Part shown: positions 42,817 through 55,200 of the stretch, piece by piece
How positions within the stretch are numbered: the first letter of the stretch is position 1
How the letters are laid out: every line of letters begins with the position of its first letter
Source of the DNA: Macrostomum lignano
Lineage: Eukaryota
NCBI GenBank assembly: GCA_002269645.1
Contig: NIVC01003780.1
Coordinates: forward strand, 13,107-77,106
Direction of reading: 5' to 3'
Length of the DNA: 64,000 nt
Position numbers and translations under genes: made by a program
Notes under the pieces: model-generated
Told to the model about the DNA's origin: nothing
Seen by the model: the letters and a program-made list of their open reading frames with translations, nothing else
Databases searched by the model: none

Positions 42817-44752
42817 GTCTCTCTCTCTCTTCTCTGTCTTTCTCTCTTATCTCTCCTTCTCTCTCTACTCTCTCCCCTCTCCATTCTCCTCTTTCCTCTC
42901 CTCTCTCCTCACTTCACTTCTCTACCTTTGTCTCTCCTCTCTCCTCTCGTCTCTGTAACCTCTCCTCTGTTCTCTCTACTCTCCCATCTTTTATCTGTTC
43001 ACTCTCGTCTCTGCTCTCTCACCCCCCTCTTTAATCTAGCATCTCTGTCTTATATGTTCTCTCACCTCTCTCCTCTGTATTCTTTTCTTTCCCCTCTTTT
43101 GACTCCTCACTTTCCTTTCTCCTTTCTTCTTTTCTCTTCTCTTCCCTTTTCTATACTCTGTCTCCCTCTCTTCTCTCACTCCACTCTCCTCTCTCCGTTA
43201 TCTCTTATCTCTTCTTCCACCTCTCTCATCTCTAGAACCTTAGAGATGTAGAGATGTATCTTTATCTCTTCTCTCTTCCCTTTACTCTCTCATCTCTTCT
43301 TTCACCTGTTTCCTCTCTGCTCTCCTCTCTGCTGTCTCCTCTCTCCTCTCATCTGCAGCTCTCTGCTCTGCTCTCTCATCTCTACTCTCTCCTCTCGCTT
43401 TTCCTCTCTCCCCTCTTCTCCCCTCTCTCTCATCGTCCTCACCCCCTCATCTCTCCTATTATCTTTTATCTTTTCTTTTATCCCCTCTGTCGCCTCTCCT
43501 CTCTTCGAATCGTCTATTCCTTCTTCTTTCCACTTTCATCTGCCCCTCAGCTATGAGCTGGATTCTTTATCTGGCCTTTGAGGTAAAAGTATGCCCATCC
43601 CTGCTTGGAAAGCCAGTTTGTGGGACGTAGTACTCTCATGGTTGTTCTCATGCTTTGATCACGTCATCTTTCTTGCCAATTTGCAGCCCTGAAAGGAATT
43701 TGTGTATCTTCAGCTCCACTGCAGTCTGCAGCAGTCTAACAACCAAGGAAATACGCATTTCTTAGGAGGCCATTTAAAATTTACACAGTGCCTTTAAAAG
43801 AAACCTAAAATTTCCATGGTGTGCCTAATTTAGTAGGGTTGTATTTCATTGCATCGCATCGCCTTTTCATAAATATTTCGCTTTTACAAACCATGCTGGA
43901 TTGCCTCGATTTGCCAATTGCCATCCACTGTTAAACTGCTGCAGAGTTTGCCTATACAGAGGGGAGGGCAGTGGTTAGAATTTCTCACTAAACTGTCATG
44001 GCTAAACGTAGCCTCTCCACGCGCGGGGTGCAGAGAAGGCTATAAATAAAGTTATTCCAAAACACTGTACATTTGCTATGTACATTCAGTCCTATCGCCT
44101 GATCCTTCGTCTGGCTCTGGGGGAATGAGTGGAGTGAGTGAGTGGCACAAACAACAGAAAAAGCAGACAAACTTCACATGCTTACAGTTTCCGTCCTGAT
44201 TGAGATACAGAGTTGAGACTTTACATTTAGACAGAGAATAAGTTAATGAAGAATTGTGTCAAATTTGAAGTTAATCGCTTCGCGTGAAGCAAACTTATGG
44301 CAGCCCAAAGTTAGTCGTTTAAAAACCTATTTGCACCCTTTGCCCAGATCGGGAAAGAGAGGCAGGCGGGTGGAGGTTGGGGTGGTTGCTACGCTGAAAA
44401 AAACAGCCTAACTTTAAAAGTGCACAGCGGCTTTCAGGATTAACTTTGAGATTTGAAATTTTACACGATTGTGTCAAAATAGTTGAAAATTGCCTGTGTC
44501 AAATTTGAAGAGAATCGGTAGAAGTGGAGCGGCGCTATGGAGGATTTAGTGAAAAAATCGCGCATTTTGAGCAGTTTTTTGTACTTTTAGGTAGGAAGAC
44601 TTGAGTCTAGGAAATTAAAAGGTAGCCTAAGACATTCTCCGTAGTGAGTTTAGGGTGGGTGTAAAGTTTGGTGTAATTTGGTTGAGCGGTTTGGGAGTCC
44701 ATAGCGATCAAAATTGTCCACACACAGACAGAGTTTTGACTTTTATAGGTAG
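42146..44752. mobile_element. ~2.6-kb non-coding interspersed repeat with an internal CT-rich expansion; resembles a non-autonomous Helitron/Helentron-type element
   Basis: Collinear with 46640-48765; begins ACAAGCTG..ACCCGCGG and ends ACACACAGACAGAGTTTTGA.TTTTATAG; class assignment is inference. Confidence 0.55.
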
Positions 44753-45374
44753 ACGAGGCCAACTCCTCCTCTGGAGGAGAAAGGGGAAGAACTCCCATCA
44801 CCGGAATTCCATTCCCTGAAATCCATCAGCTGAAATTCCATGACTTGAATCCCATCTTCCAAATCATCTCCAAATCCTCTGTAAAGCCTTTCAAATACCA
44901 TATCTTGTTTTCCCTGTTCGCAAAAACTGACTGCCATTGTCCAGACTCAGATTCTTCTGTCTCCTCTCTTCTCTTTTCTCTCCTCTCACGTCTCTCATCT
45001 CTACCACCTTATTTATCTCTTCTCCCTCGTCTTTCGTCTTTCTCTTCTGTCTCCTTTATCCCCTGTTTTCTCCTCTCTCCTCTCTCCTCTCTTCTCTCCT
45101 CTCTCATCTCTCATCCCTCATGCCTCATCTCACTATTTCTTTCTCCTCTACTCTCAGCTCCTCTCTTCTCTCTCCTCTCATCTCTCCTGTCTCCCTCTGC
45201 TATCTCATATATTCCCTCTCATCTCCTCTCTCCTCTTTTCTTCTCTCTCCCTCTTCGTTCCCGCCTTACTCCCCTCTTCTCTCCCATCTGTCATGTCTAA
45301 TCTGTCCTCTCTCATCTCTACTCTCTTTTCTATAATCTCTTCTCTCTTCTCTTTTCACTCTTCTCTTTACTCTC

Positions 45375-45660
45375 TTTACTGACTGACTGAAGATACCAAA
45401 TCCATCAAAATCCCTCCGTGAAACAGAAATCCTCTCCGCGAAACAGAAATCCTCTCCGCGAAACAGAAATCCTCTCCGTGAAACTGGGCTCCATGGAAAT
45501 CCTCTGAGTGAAACTGACATCCATCAAAATCGTCTCCGTAAAACAGAAATACATCTAAATTCTCTCCACGAAAAATAAATCCTCTCCGTGAAACCGAAAA
45601 CCATCAGAATACTCCGTGAAACTGGACTCAATCGAAATTTTCTCTGTCAAAAAGAACTTA
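45375..45660. repeat. Degenerate 20-bp tandem repeat (GAAACAGAAATCCTCTCCG(C/T))
   Basis: Direct repeats visible. Confidence 0.8.
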
Positions 45661-46639
45661 ACTTTCAGAATTCATTGGTTAGGGTTAGGGTTCGAGCTGC
45701 ACAGAGCTGCGTGTTGAATTAATTGAATCAATTAATTGCGCAAACCATTTCTCAGTCAGACAGTATCAGTCTTATTTAAAGTTAAATAAACAGTTGCGCA
45801 ATCTAAATCAACCCTCCAATACACAGCAGCAGTGAGAAGTTGAACCCTCCCCCAACTTTATCTATTACGTCTCGCAAAACTAAGTACAATCTTTGCAGAA
45901 AGTTAAAAGTATGAAAATAGTTTTTCAAATGCTGTGCTTTTTCTTTTCATATATAAAGCAAACAACTTATATCCCCAAACTCAGCGTTGCAAGATCTTTC
46001 CAGCAATATAAGTCTCTCCTCTCAAAGTTTAAAACTCGAGGAACAGTTAGCGTTTGAAATTTACCGATTTCCCGACTGCTTGCTAGAGAAGCTCGCAGTC
46101 GCAATTCATTGAATTTCACTGCCAAGCTAATACACAGGGCTGGCTGCCTATGGAGAAAAAAGGCGCTGATAATAAAACCAAATGAATTTCGACACAGTCT
46201 ATCTATTTACACTGTACAACTGCTATGTACACTCAGCCCAAGCCCAACCCCCGTTCTGGGGGAAGCATTAAATTTAACTCGACCCCCCAACACGCGGGGG
46301 TTTTATTTGCATTGAACGCAGAACACGCGCACCCACCACCCCTCAATACACAGCGGCCCGCGGGCGGAGGTTGGGGTGGCTATTTTTACAAACTGGCTGA
46401 AGCCCAGGCAGAGTGACCAAAGAAGGTTATTGGGGGTTAAAAAAGCAGTTTTCTGCTTTTTTAGGGATGTTAAAATGTGAAAATTAAAAATTAAAATAGC
46501 CTAAAGCCTGCTCCGGAAAATTTGCAGTTTTCCCATATAAGTTTCGACGTTGACTTGGCAGAATTGTAGGAGTTCACTTGCTACATACAGACAGACAGAC
46601 ATACAGACAGACAAACATCGCGTCGGTTTTAGTATTAGG

Positions 46640-47431
46640 AGACAAGCTGTTGAAAGAAACCCGCGGATTTTGAACCCGGGGAATTCCAATACCCAGAACT
46701 ACTTTTGCATGTATTCTGAAATCTAAGGCCATACACAAACAAAAACTTGTTAATAGTTAGTAGGATAGAGTAGAGGTAGACATAAAATGGAGCACATTCG
46801 TGTAAAATTAGGGTTTGAGACATTGTTGGCTGGGGTACTGCGCAGAATGTCAGGCAATGTCTGTCTGACTCTAAAACATATATTGCTAAACTCTGGCCTC
46901 TCCCTGACTCTCCCTACGTCCCTTGGATCCTTTAAAATTTCTATCGTCTCTTTGTTTCCTCTCATCTCTCTCGTCCCTCGTCTCTCCTCTCTCCTCTCTC
47001 CCCTCTTCTCTCGTATCTTCCCTCGTCTCTCTTCTCTTTCATCTCTCTTATCTCATCTCTTGTCTCTTCTTTTCTCTCTCCTCTCCTCTCTCCTCTCTAC
47101 TTTTTCGTTTTCTCTCTCCTCTCCTCTCTCCTCTCTACTTTTTTCGTTTTCTCTCTCCTCTCCTCTCTCCTCTCTACTTTTTTCGTTTTCTCTCTCCTCT
47201 CCTCTCTCCTCTCTCCCCCTCTCCTCTCTCCTCTCACCCCTCTTCTCTCTTATCTTCCTTCTCCTTTCTATTCTTTTCTCTCTTCTCTTAACTCTCTCCT
47301 CTACTCTCTCATCTCTCCCCTCTTCTCTCGTCTCTTCCCTCACCTCTTTTATCTCTCATCTTTGCTCTCTCATCTTTCCTTTCTCTTATCTTATCTCTAT
47401 TATCTCTTCTCATTTCTCTCTGCTCCCCCCT

Positions 47432-47503
<72 letters not shown>

Positions 47504-48765
47504 TTCTCTCTCTTCTCTCTCTCTCTCTCTCTACTCTATCCCCTCTCCATTCTCCTCTTTCCTCTCCTCTCTCCTCACTCACTTCTCTACCTTTGTCTCT
47601 CCTCTCTCCTCTCGTCTCTGTAATCTCTCATCTGTTCTCATGCTTAGATCACGTCATCTTTCTTGCTAATTTGCAGCCCTGAAAGGAATTTGTGTATCTT
47701 CAGCTCCACTGCAGTCTGCAATTTGCATCAGTCTAACAACCAAGGAAATACGCATTTCTTAGGAGGCCATTTAATATTTACACAGTACCTTTAAAAGAAA
47801 CCTAAAATTTCCATGGTGTGCCTAATTTAGTAGGGTTGTATTGCATTGCATTGCATCGCATCGCCTTTTCATAAATCCTTCGCTTTTACAAACCCTGCTG
47901 GATAGTGGATTCCCTCTCGATTTGCCAATTGCCATCCACTGTTAAACTGCTGCAGAGTTTGCCAATACAGAGGGGAGGGCAGGGGTTAGAATTTCTCACT
48001 AAACTGTCATGGCTAAACGTAGCCTCTCCACTCTCGGGGTGAGGAGAAGGCTATAAATAAAGTTATTCCAAAACACTGTACATTTGCTATGTACATTCAG
48101 TCCTATCGCCTGACCCTTCGTCTGGCTCTGAGGGAATGAGTGAGTGAGTGACAAAAACAACAGAAAAAGCAGACAAACTTCACACGCTTACAGTTTCTTT
48201 TTCGGTTGAGTTACAGAGTTGAAACTTTACATTTAGATAGAGAATGAGTCAATGAAGAATTGTGTCAAGTTTGAAGTCAATCGCTTTACGTGGAGCAAAC
48301 TTATGGCAGCTGAAAGTTAGTCAATTTTGAAACCCTTTTACACATCTGGGCCCAGATCGGGAAAGAGAAGCAGGCGGGCGGAGGTTGGGGTGGTTGCTAC
48401 GCTGAAAAAAACAGCCTAACTTTAAAAGTGCACAGCGCCGTTCAGGATTAACTTTGAGACTTGAAATTTTACACGATTGTGTCAAAATAGTTGAAAATTG
48501 CCTGTGTCAAATTTGAAGAGAATCGGTAGAAGTTGAGCGGCGCTATGGAGGATTTAGTGAAAAAATCGCGCATTTTGAGCAGTTTTTTGCACTTTTAGGT
48601 GGGAAGACTCAAATTTAGGAAATTTAAAAGTAGCCTAAGACATTCTCCGTAGTAAGTTTAGGGTGGGTGTAAAGTTTGGTGTCATTTGGTTGAGTGGTTT
48701 GGGAGTCCATAGCGAACGAAATTGTCCACAGACACACACACAGAGTTTTGATTTTTATAGATAGA
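46640..48765. mobile_element. Second copy of the 42146-44752 element, with a different-length CT-rich core
   Basis: Shared 5' (~300 bp) and 3' (~1.1 kb) blocks. Confidence 0.6.
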
Positions 48766-50595
48766 TATGATTATAGTTTAAGAAAGAAACCAGAAGCCAA
48801 GTCCGACAATTGTGGGTGCCAATACTGTGCGGAGTTAAAAGGCACCCGCCCTGGAACACTTCACGAGAGTGGTCAAGGCTTTCACTCTTGACTAAATGTC
48901 AAGGCTCTCAGTCATTAACAGTAGAAATACCATAGGGTGTATTTCAAATACACACATTTTTCCTTTGTCTGGATCTCCAAGAATATTCAACCAATTGCCA
49001 TGAAAATCCAGAACACGGGCTAAAATTTTCCGCTCTATTCGATGGAGCAACTTCGAGAATCACGAAAAATCGGCATCGTCGAGATATTCGACGATTCTCC
49101 TCAGGGTGTCTGGTGGCAAAACCACCAACATTTTTCTGCCCACAAAATCTCATCAAGAAACCACATCGGCTGAACAAACTATGCATATCAGTCGTAGAGG
49201 CCTTTGCTCTCCGCATCCCATGCACCAGGGTTCCCTTCATCAACGTCTGGAGCATCGGCGGCGACCGTCGGGACCTTCAACAAAAGCACCCGATCGGCAT
49301 CTCAGAGATGGCTGCGTTCCAAAAACTGAAATGGAATAATCCTCTTCTGCATGCAGCATTCATGCAGTCAGTAGACATAATCGGTGAATGAAATGGACAA
49401 TGGCGACCCTCTAGGTTGACCTGTAGACATACAGGCGACCTTCGGGACCTTCAACGGACCATAAACCATAAGACCATTCACCATAAAGGTTTATACAGTG
49501 TAATGTTGGTTGTCCTTGCCACCAGTGTCTTCGACAAGAATCGTTGAATATCTCTCGTAGGGGATTGAAATAATAGCCAAACACGAGTAGCGCACGAGTG
49601 TCTATGGCCATTATCTCAGGCCCTATACCTACTACGCAACGTCATTGTTTAGCAATTTGACGATCATTATTCACATTTTTAATGCAGAACAATCCATTAC
49701 TACAAATAATGCATTGTCTGTAGGATCGTCAAACAGAAAAACAATGCAAAGAATCAGCGGTCGCAGCACGTGACAACGATTATTTATCCATTATTCAACT
49801 CAGTTGCGTACTATACAATCTACCATTGTTTCAGCATTGCGTAGTCTGGCGGCCATTATTTCAGCGTGCCGGAAGCGGTCATTATTTCACACTTTTTTAT
49901 CATGCTTTAATTGGCTGTTTTGGTAGTTATTTTACCCATAGACGGCTGAGATGTGTTTTAGTTTGACATAGACACACTGTGATGAGTGCTGATTTCGTTT
50001 GCGTCTTGCAAGAAATCAGGAAAGCGGGTAGTGCTAGGGAAAGCTTATTTGCCTTGTCAAACAACTATGGCTGGTGCATCTCTTCAAACAGCCCCGCTTA
50101 TTAATTGGAAAAATCTGCTTGTCGATGACTGAACGAACCGTGCGACCTATGCTTCAGTGGAGATGACACAGGAGATGCGGGTAAAGCATGGTAAGCATAG
50201 TATGTCAACATTGCAAGTAAATTTGTGGCTACACTAATGGCTACATACGCTCGTAGAAACTGTGAATTTTTTACATTGTCCATTAATCTGCAGGTCGGAT
50301 GGATTCGGAACGCGCAGTTCGCTTCTTCGAGAACTGTCACTTCAAGAATTGCACGTTTCGGTTTTAATGAGCAACTTATGATGAACAGTCTATGACTACT
50401 GTGTTGTTTTTGTGCTCAATGTGCGCGTTTTCCATTGTAAAAAATCAGCCTTTATGATAATGAAAGTGTCTATGGTCAAACCTGATTCACACCCATATAT
50501 TTCTTCATCCTTCATCCATGCTTGAAACCTCTGGATAATGCTGTTGACCTCGGGATAACAATGGATAAATAATCAGCGGTCCCAGTCCGGCGCGA

Positions 50596-51685
50596 GCCAT
50601 AGACAATCGTTGTCACGCACTGCGACCGCTGATTCTTTGCATTGTTTTTCTGTTTGACGATCCTGCATTGTTTGTAGTAATGGATTGTTCTGCATTAAAA
50701 ATGTGAATAATGATCGTCAAATTGCTAAACAATGGGTTATTTTTAGAACAGAAACAACGATGCAATTCTTTCTTTAAACAACGCGAACAGGAAAGAATAA
50801 ACGCAATAAAATATGAATGGTGAGAATAAGTCTCCATAAGTACCGCAGAATTGTCACAGTACCATTCTCCATTACAGTTGACAATTGTTGAAAGTACAAT
50901 TTTTTACTATGAAGATACTCCGGCCGTTCATCTGCCGATCTCTGGATGCTGATGTCTGCAGGCATTGTTACATGACCGTGGGTCTGTGCATTTTCCCCCA
51001 TGTTCAGAGCACGCGACACTGCATCGCTGCATTTTTGCAAGGATTCGTGCTGTTTTATCTATAGGTATCGCCGGACGGTGCTCTCGGATTTTCGACCCGT
51101 AATAGCTATGATCTCGCTCATTGAATGCCCTTCCGATTCCAGGTCGCACACTCTGCTAACTCTAGTAAACGGAGCAGGATGCAAGACCAGGGAAATTCAA
51201 GTTAATTTCAATCGTACAAACACATCGGAAAAGTCAAATATACTTTCATCGACCCACCAACTTACCGGATGCTGATTCGTGTATTCCTTCGACAGCTAGA
51301 CTTCTTTACTCAGCGCCTTCATTAAGGTCCTTAAGTAAGAGGTAGTTGATTCCTCGCTTCTTTCTGCTTTGAACAAAATCTCCTGGTGCCTCCGACAATC
51401 CTCGTCAGTATCACCTGCCTCCAAGAAAGTGCAAGATAGGTTCAAAAGGTTCAAAAAATCTTCATTGTCCCTCATGTCCTTCCCTGATAAAAATACTTGC
51501 GAGATCCAATTAAGTTCGCTGCTAGTTACGTTGGCTAAGCTTTCGACAGGCAGATTTGCCCAGTTGATCAAATAAGATTTCTCGTCCTCCACCATAGTCA
51601 AGCTTATGTAGGTAGCTTATCAATGTTTCCTCTCTATTCTTCTCTTAACCCACTAAACCCCTGTCTGTTTAATCTTGTCTATGGC
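50596..51685 (-). pseudogene. Deleted, intron-containing Crypton tyrosine recombinase remnant between inverted GCCATAGACAA / TTGTCTATGGC motifs
   Basis: LMKALSKEV*LSKEYTN(H)SIR | intron 51265-51162 | VSRVCDLESEGHSMSEIIAITGRKSESTVRRY; needs a 2-nt indel and has stops. Confidence 0.7.
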
Positions 51686-52271
51686 TCATCTTTTATGTCT
51701 ATGGCCATCCACTGAAGTTAGACAATGTGGATTTTCGTAAGTGAGACTTCAGGACAATCGCCTATTCTCACTCGTGCACGTCTCATGAATAACCATCCAT
51801 TGTTTGGTGGCTAAAATGTCTTGACTATCTTTTTTCAACTCAATGTATTCCAGAATGCCATGTATACCACATGTGATGTAGACTGTTGGCGAACATTATT
51901 TCCTTATGTCAGTCAATAAATGGATAGTTAACTAATTGTCTATGGTTCAAACGCCTGCTAAAGCTGAAATAATGGCCAGTTGAGTTTGTCATTACGTCAG
52001 GCCGTGTCTTATGGACAACGCGAATGACACGATCTAGTTAATTTATTTTTAAGAAAGATATAGACGTAACGCTCTTCTCGACGTTAAATTAACAATTAAC
52101 CATAGACACTTTACGAAATAGAAGACTATTCAGCGCCTTCTGTTGTCTGACGCGCTAAGTTACGATTGAAACCACAGAACTTATTTTCTGTGATTGAAAC
52201 AGACCAGAGTCCACGCTAAGATCAAATACTAAGAACGAATACTAAATTGGTCTTGCAAATCGCGCTATACA

Positions 52272-55200
52272 ATGGAAACCATGCCGGGAACCAGTCACGG
52301 TTCGATCGGTTTTCAACACAACCAGCAGCCCCAGCAGCAACAGCAGCTGCAACAGTCGCAGGTGCAAGCCGGAAATTCCAACCGACAGCAGCGCTCGATG
52401 TCGCACAAATGCAGCTGGATGCCTTGCGCAATAATGTGCCCGCTGATGCTGCTGATCTTCCTGATTATCGGTGGCCTATCGGTGACCACCGTGTGCATTT
52501 CCATAGACAGGGGACCCTTGTGCACCAGAAATTTGTCTAGACCGGCGCGAGCGAGCAAAGCCAGAGTCAAGTATGTATGGACGCAGTGGGCGCAGTGCAG
52601 CAACAGCATCAGGTGCAGCGCGGGAGACAAGATCCGGTATGCCTATACTTATCGTTAGGTCGAGTGCCAGACTTCTTGAACGTTTTTCTCTTTAGCCTTT
52701 AGCCAGATAAAATCGTTGCAGTTTTGATAGAATCATTATTTCGTCTCATCAAAAGGGTTTTGAGGCATGAGAGACATCATTTTGAGACATCAGAGACATG
52801 GAGACCTATTGACGGTAGATTAGTTCCAGAGTCCGGATCCTTGGGATGCACCCCGACCAAGAGCTCAATGACCAAGCAAGAGGCTATGATTATTTCATAA
52901 TCATAATTTCCAGCAATTTCTGAATTATTCTAAATTCCCTACATTTTTATCTTCGAAATATCTTCGTACTTTCATTGACTTTCTTTGTTTCTAGAAAATT
53001 TATACTTTTAAATAGACGCTTTTTGGAAACTATTTCAGATGAAAGCTGAAGAAAAATCTGAAAATCAAAATTATTTTATCTACCTAAATTTCAAGAAGTC
53101 TCAAGTGCCTTCAATTAGATTATAAGTCAATGCAGCGCTACATACTCGTACGATTGGTTTTCCCATTCTAACTCAGCCTACGAGCAATCTATCTCATCCA
53201 AATGGCTTATTTCAATGCCACGGACTTCAAGTTACCCTAATATGCAGTGCTGAGATTGCAGTTACATGACAAGCAAAATTATTTATATACATATCTCTAA
53301 AGACTGATTCCATGTACGTGAAAAAGCATTTAACAACACAGTTCACCCTGCTAGTCTTCAACTCTATTCCTATAATACGCTTGCTCAAAGGCTAGCCAGC
53401 TGTCCACACCCAAGCTTAAACTGTGTGCCGTGTCGGCATTGGTTGTTTACACCAGTGTCAAGGAGGAAGACAAGATAAAATCACATAGAGCATGTGTGTT
53501 TGTGCTTTGAATTAGATTGGTTGCTCGTAGGCTGAGTTAGAATGCGAAAACCAATACAGAGTAGATGCTAAATATTTCAGGTTCAGCGAGGCCAAAGGCA
53601 AGAGCGAAACAGCTTCCCCGGTCACGACAATGCAGATGCAGCCATGCAAGTCTAGCGATGCCTGTCCGCGTGAGTGCACACACTTTGCATAGCATGCAGT
53701 GGTGAAATTTATCACCATGCGGGATGTGCCCCTGTCCTTTACTATTTCCACCCCGTAGAGCTTGGGTCTTGGTCGTACTGGATGGAGTGGTCGAGCTGCA
53801 CGCAGACTTGTGGCGAATTCGGTCTGTTTGTTCGCCAGCGCCAATGCTTGAACTCGAAGAAGGAGGTGATTGATGCGGAACACTGCGACGGACTGTTCCA
53901 CGAAGCTCAGAGTTGCGGAAATCGAACCAGTTGCAGCACCGCATCGGGTGAGTGACAGTTTTCAGTTAGCCTCTCCCTCGAGTTAAATACCGTAATTTTC
54001 AGATTCGTGTCCAATTGCTCTCTGAAATAGTACATGTGCACGAAACAAAAGTGTTACAAACGGAAAATATTCTAGGAATTTAGGCTGTAGGTGAAAAATT
54101 AGATCATTTCAGCTCGGTTTGAAGACTGATTTCTTGTCAGCTACTGCCGCTCTGTTCCAGTGCATCTAGACTTGACCGTGATTATTTTCAGCTGATCTAT
54201 ATTCCTAAATGTATCATAAAAAGTATTATGAAATACGCACTCATAGGATTGCTGCTTTTTACATTTTACGATAATAGTTATGGCGAATTAATTGGAGTGA
54301 AAAGAGTATTGTAGAATTGTGATGAATTCCTCTGTTGGAATTTCCATTGTAAAAGTTCCAACTATACACTTGAACAGGAAGTAAACTTCACTCTCTATCC
54401 CACATTGTTCTTTCATTTCATTCTTTGGGCAGTGCCTGATCTCGTTACTGCATCTTCGGTCTCGCACTTCTCATTCGTCAATTCTTTCGCAAGCTAATTT
54501 ATGGTTTGCTAATCTAAACCTTGACGAGGTGCGCTGGAATCCTGGATTGAATATTTCTAGGAATACGCTCCTAATTCTCGGCCGAGTTTAATACCATTTA
54601 GAATTGTAGTCTTTGTCTCCAGTGTCTCCAGTGGCGTATATTACAATACTTTTCCGCAAATGATTCCCACCTGATATTCTACAAGGCCTTGCTTCACCCA
54701 TTGCTTCAATAAAATGCCGGGCACTGATGGATCAAAAGTTTGTCCGGATGCCATGGTCGAGCTGAAGTCAACCTTCTTTGTCACCTATTTCATGTAAAGA
54801 TTGCCATCTCCTTGATCCTTGATTGACATTTCAGCCTCAACGGGTTCAACTTCTGACTCAAAAGACACATCATCTACAACTATGAACAGTACGGTCGGCA
54901 ATGGTTCTATCGCGAACGGCACGACCTCTGTGAAAAATATGAGCACTGGTTCGCATGGTACAGTCTCTACCGTCTCTTGGTCCCAGTGGTCGGCTTGGTC
55001 GCCATGTTCTGCCACCTGTCAGATTACCGGTATGCGATCGCGTACGCGCCAATGCATCGATGCTCGAACAGGAGCTCGTTCCACTGAACTATCTTGCGCT
55101 GGCGGCTCCGATCAAGTACAATTCTGCGATGGTCCCAGCAGTGTTGCTTGTTCTACGCGTAAGAGTCTTATATTATTGTGTGGCTTCTAATTTTTTTACT

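Noticed and set aside
45679-45690. Telomeric TTAGGG repeat
   Set aside because: Only two units, embedded in a repeat element; not evidence of a telomere or fusion site
39763-47682. Ser/Leu-rich ORFs of 100-322 aa (39763-40362, 42283-43251, 44845-45335, 46787-47623)
   Set aside because: CT-rich low-complexity tracts lack stop codons by composition; no domain or splice support
48944-49391. Overlapping 77-103-aa ORFs, and ORF 50101-50340
   Set aside because: No recognisable family or splice-consistent model; left unannotated
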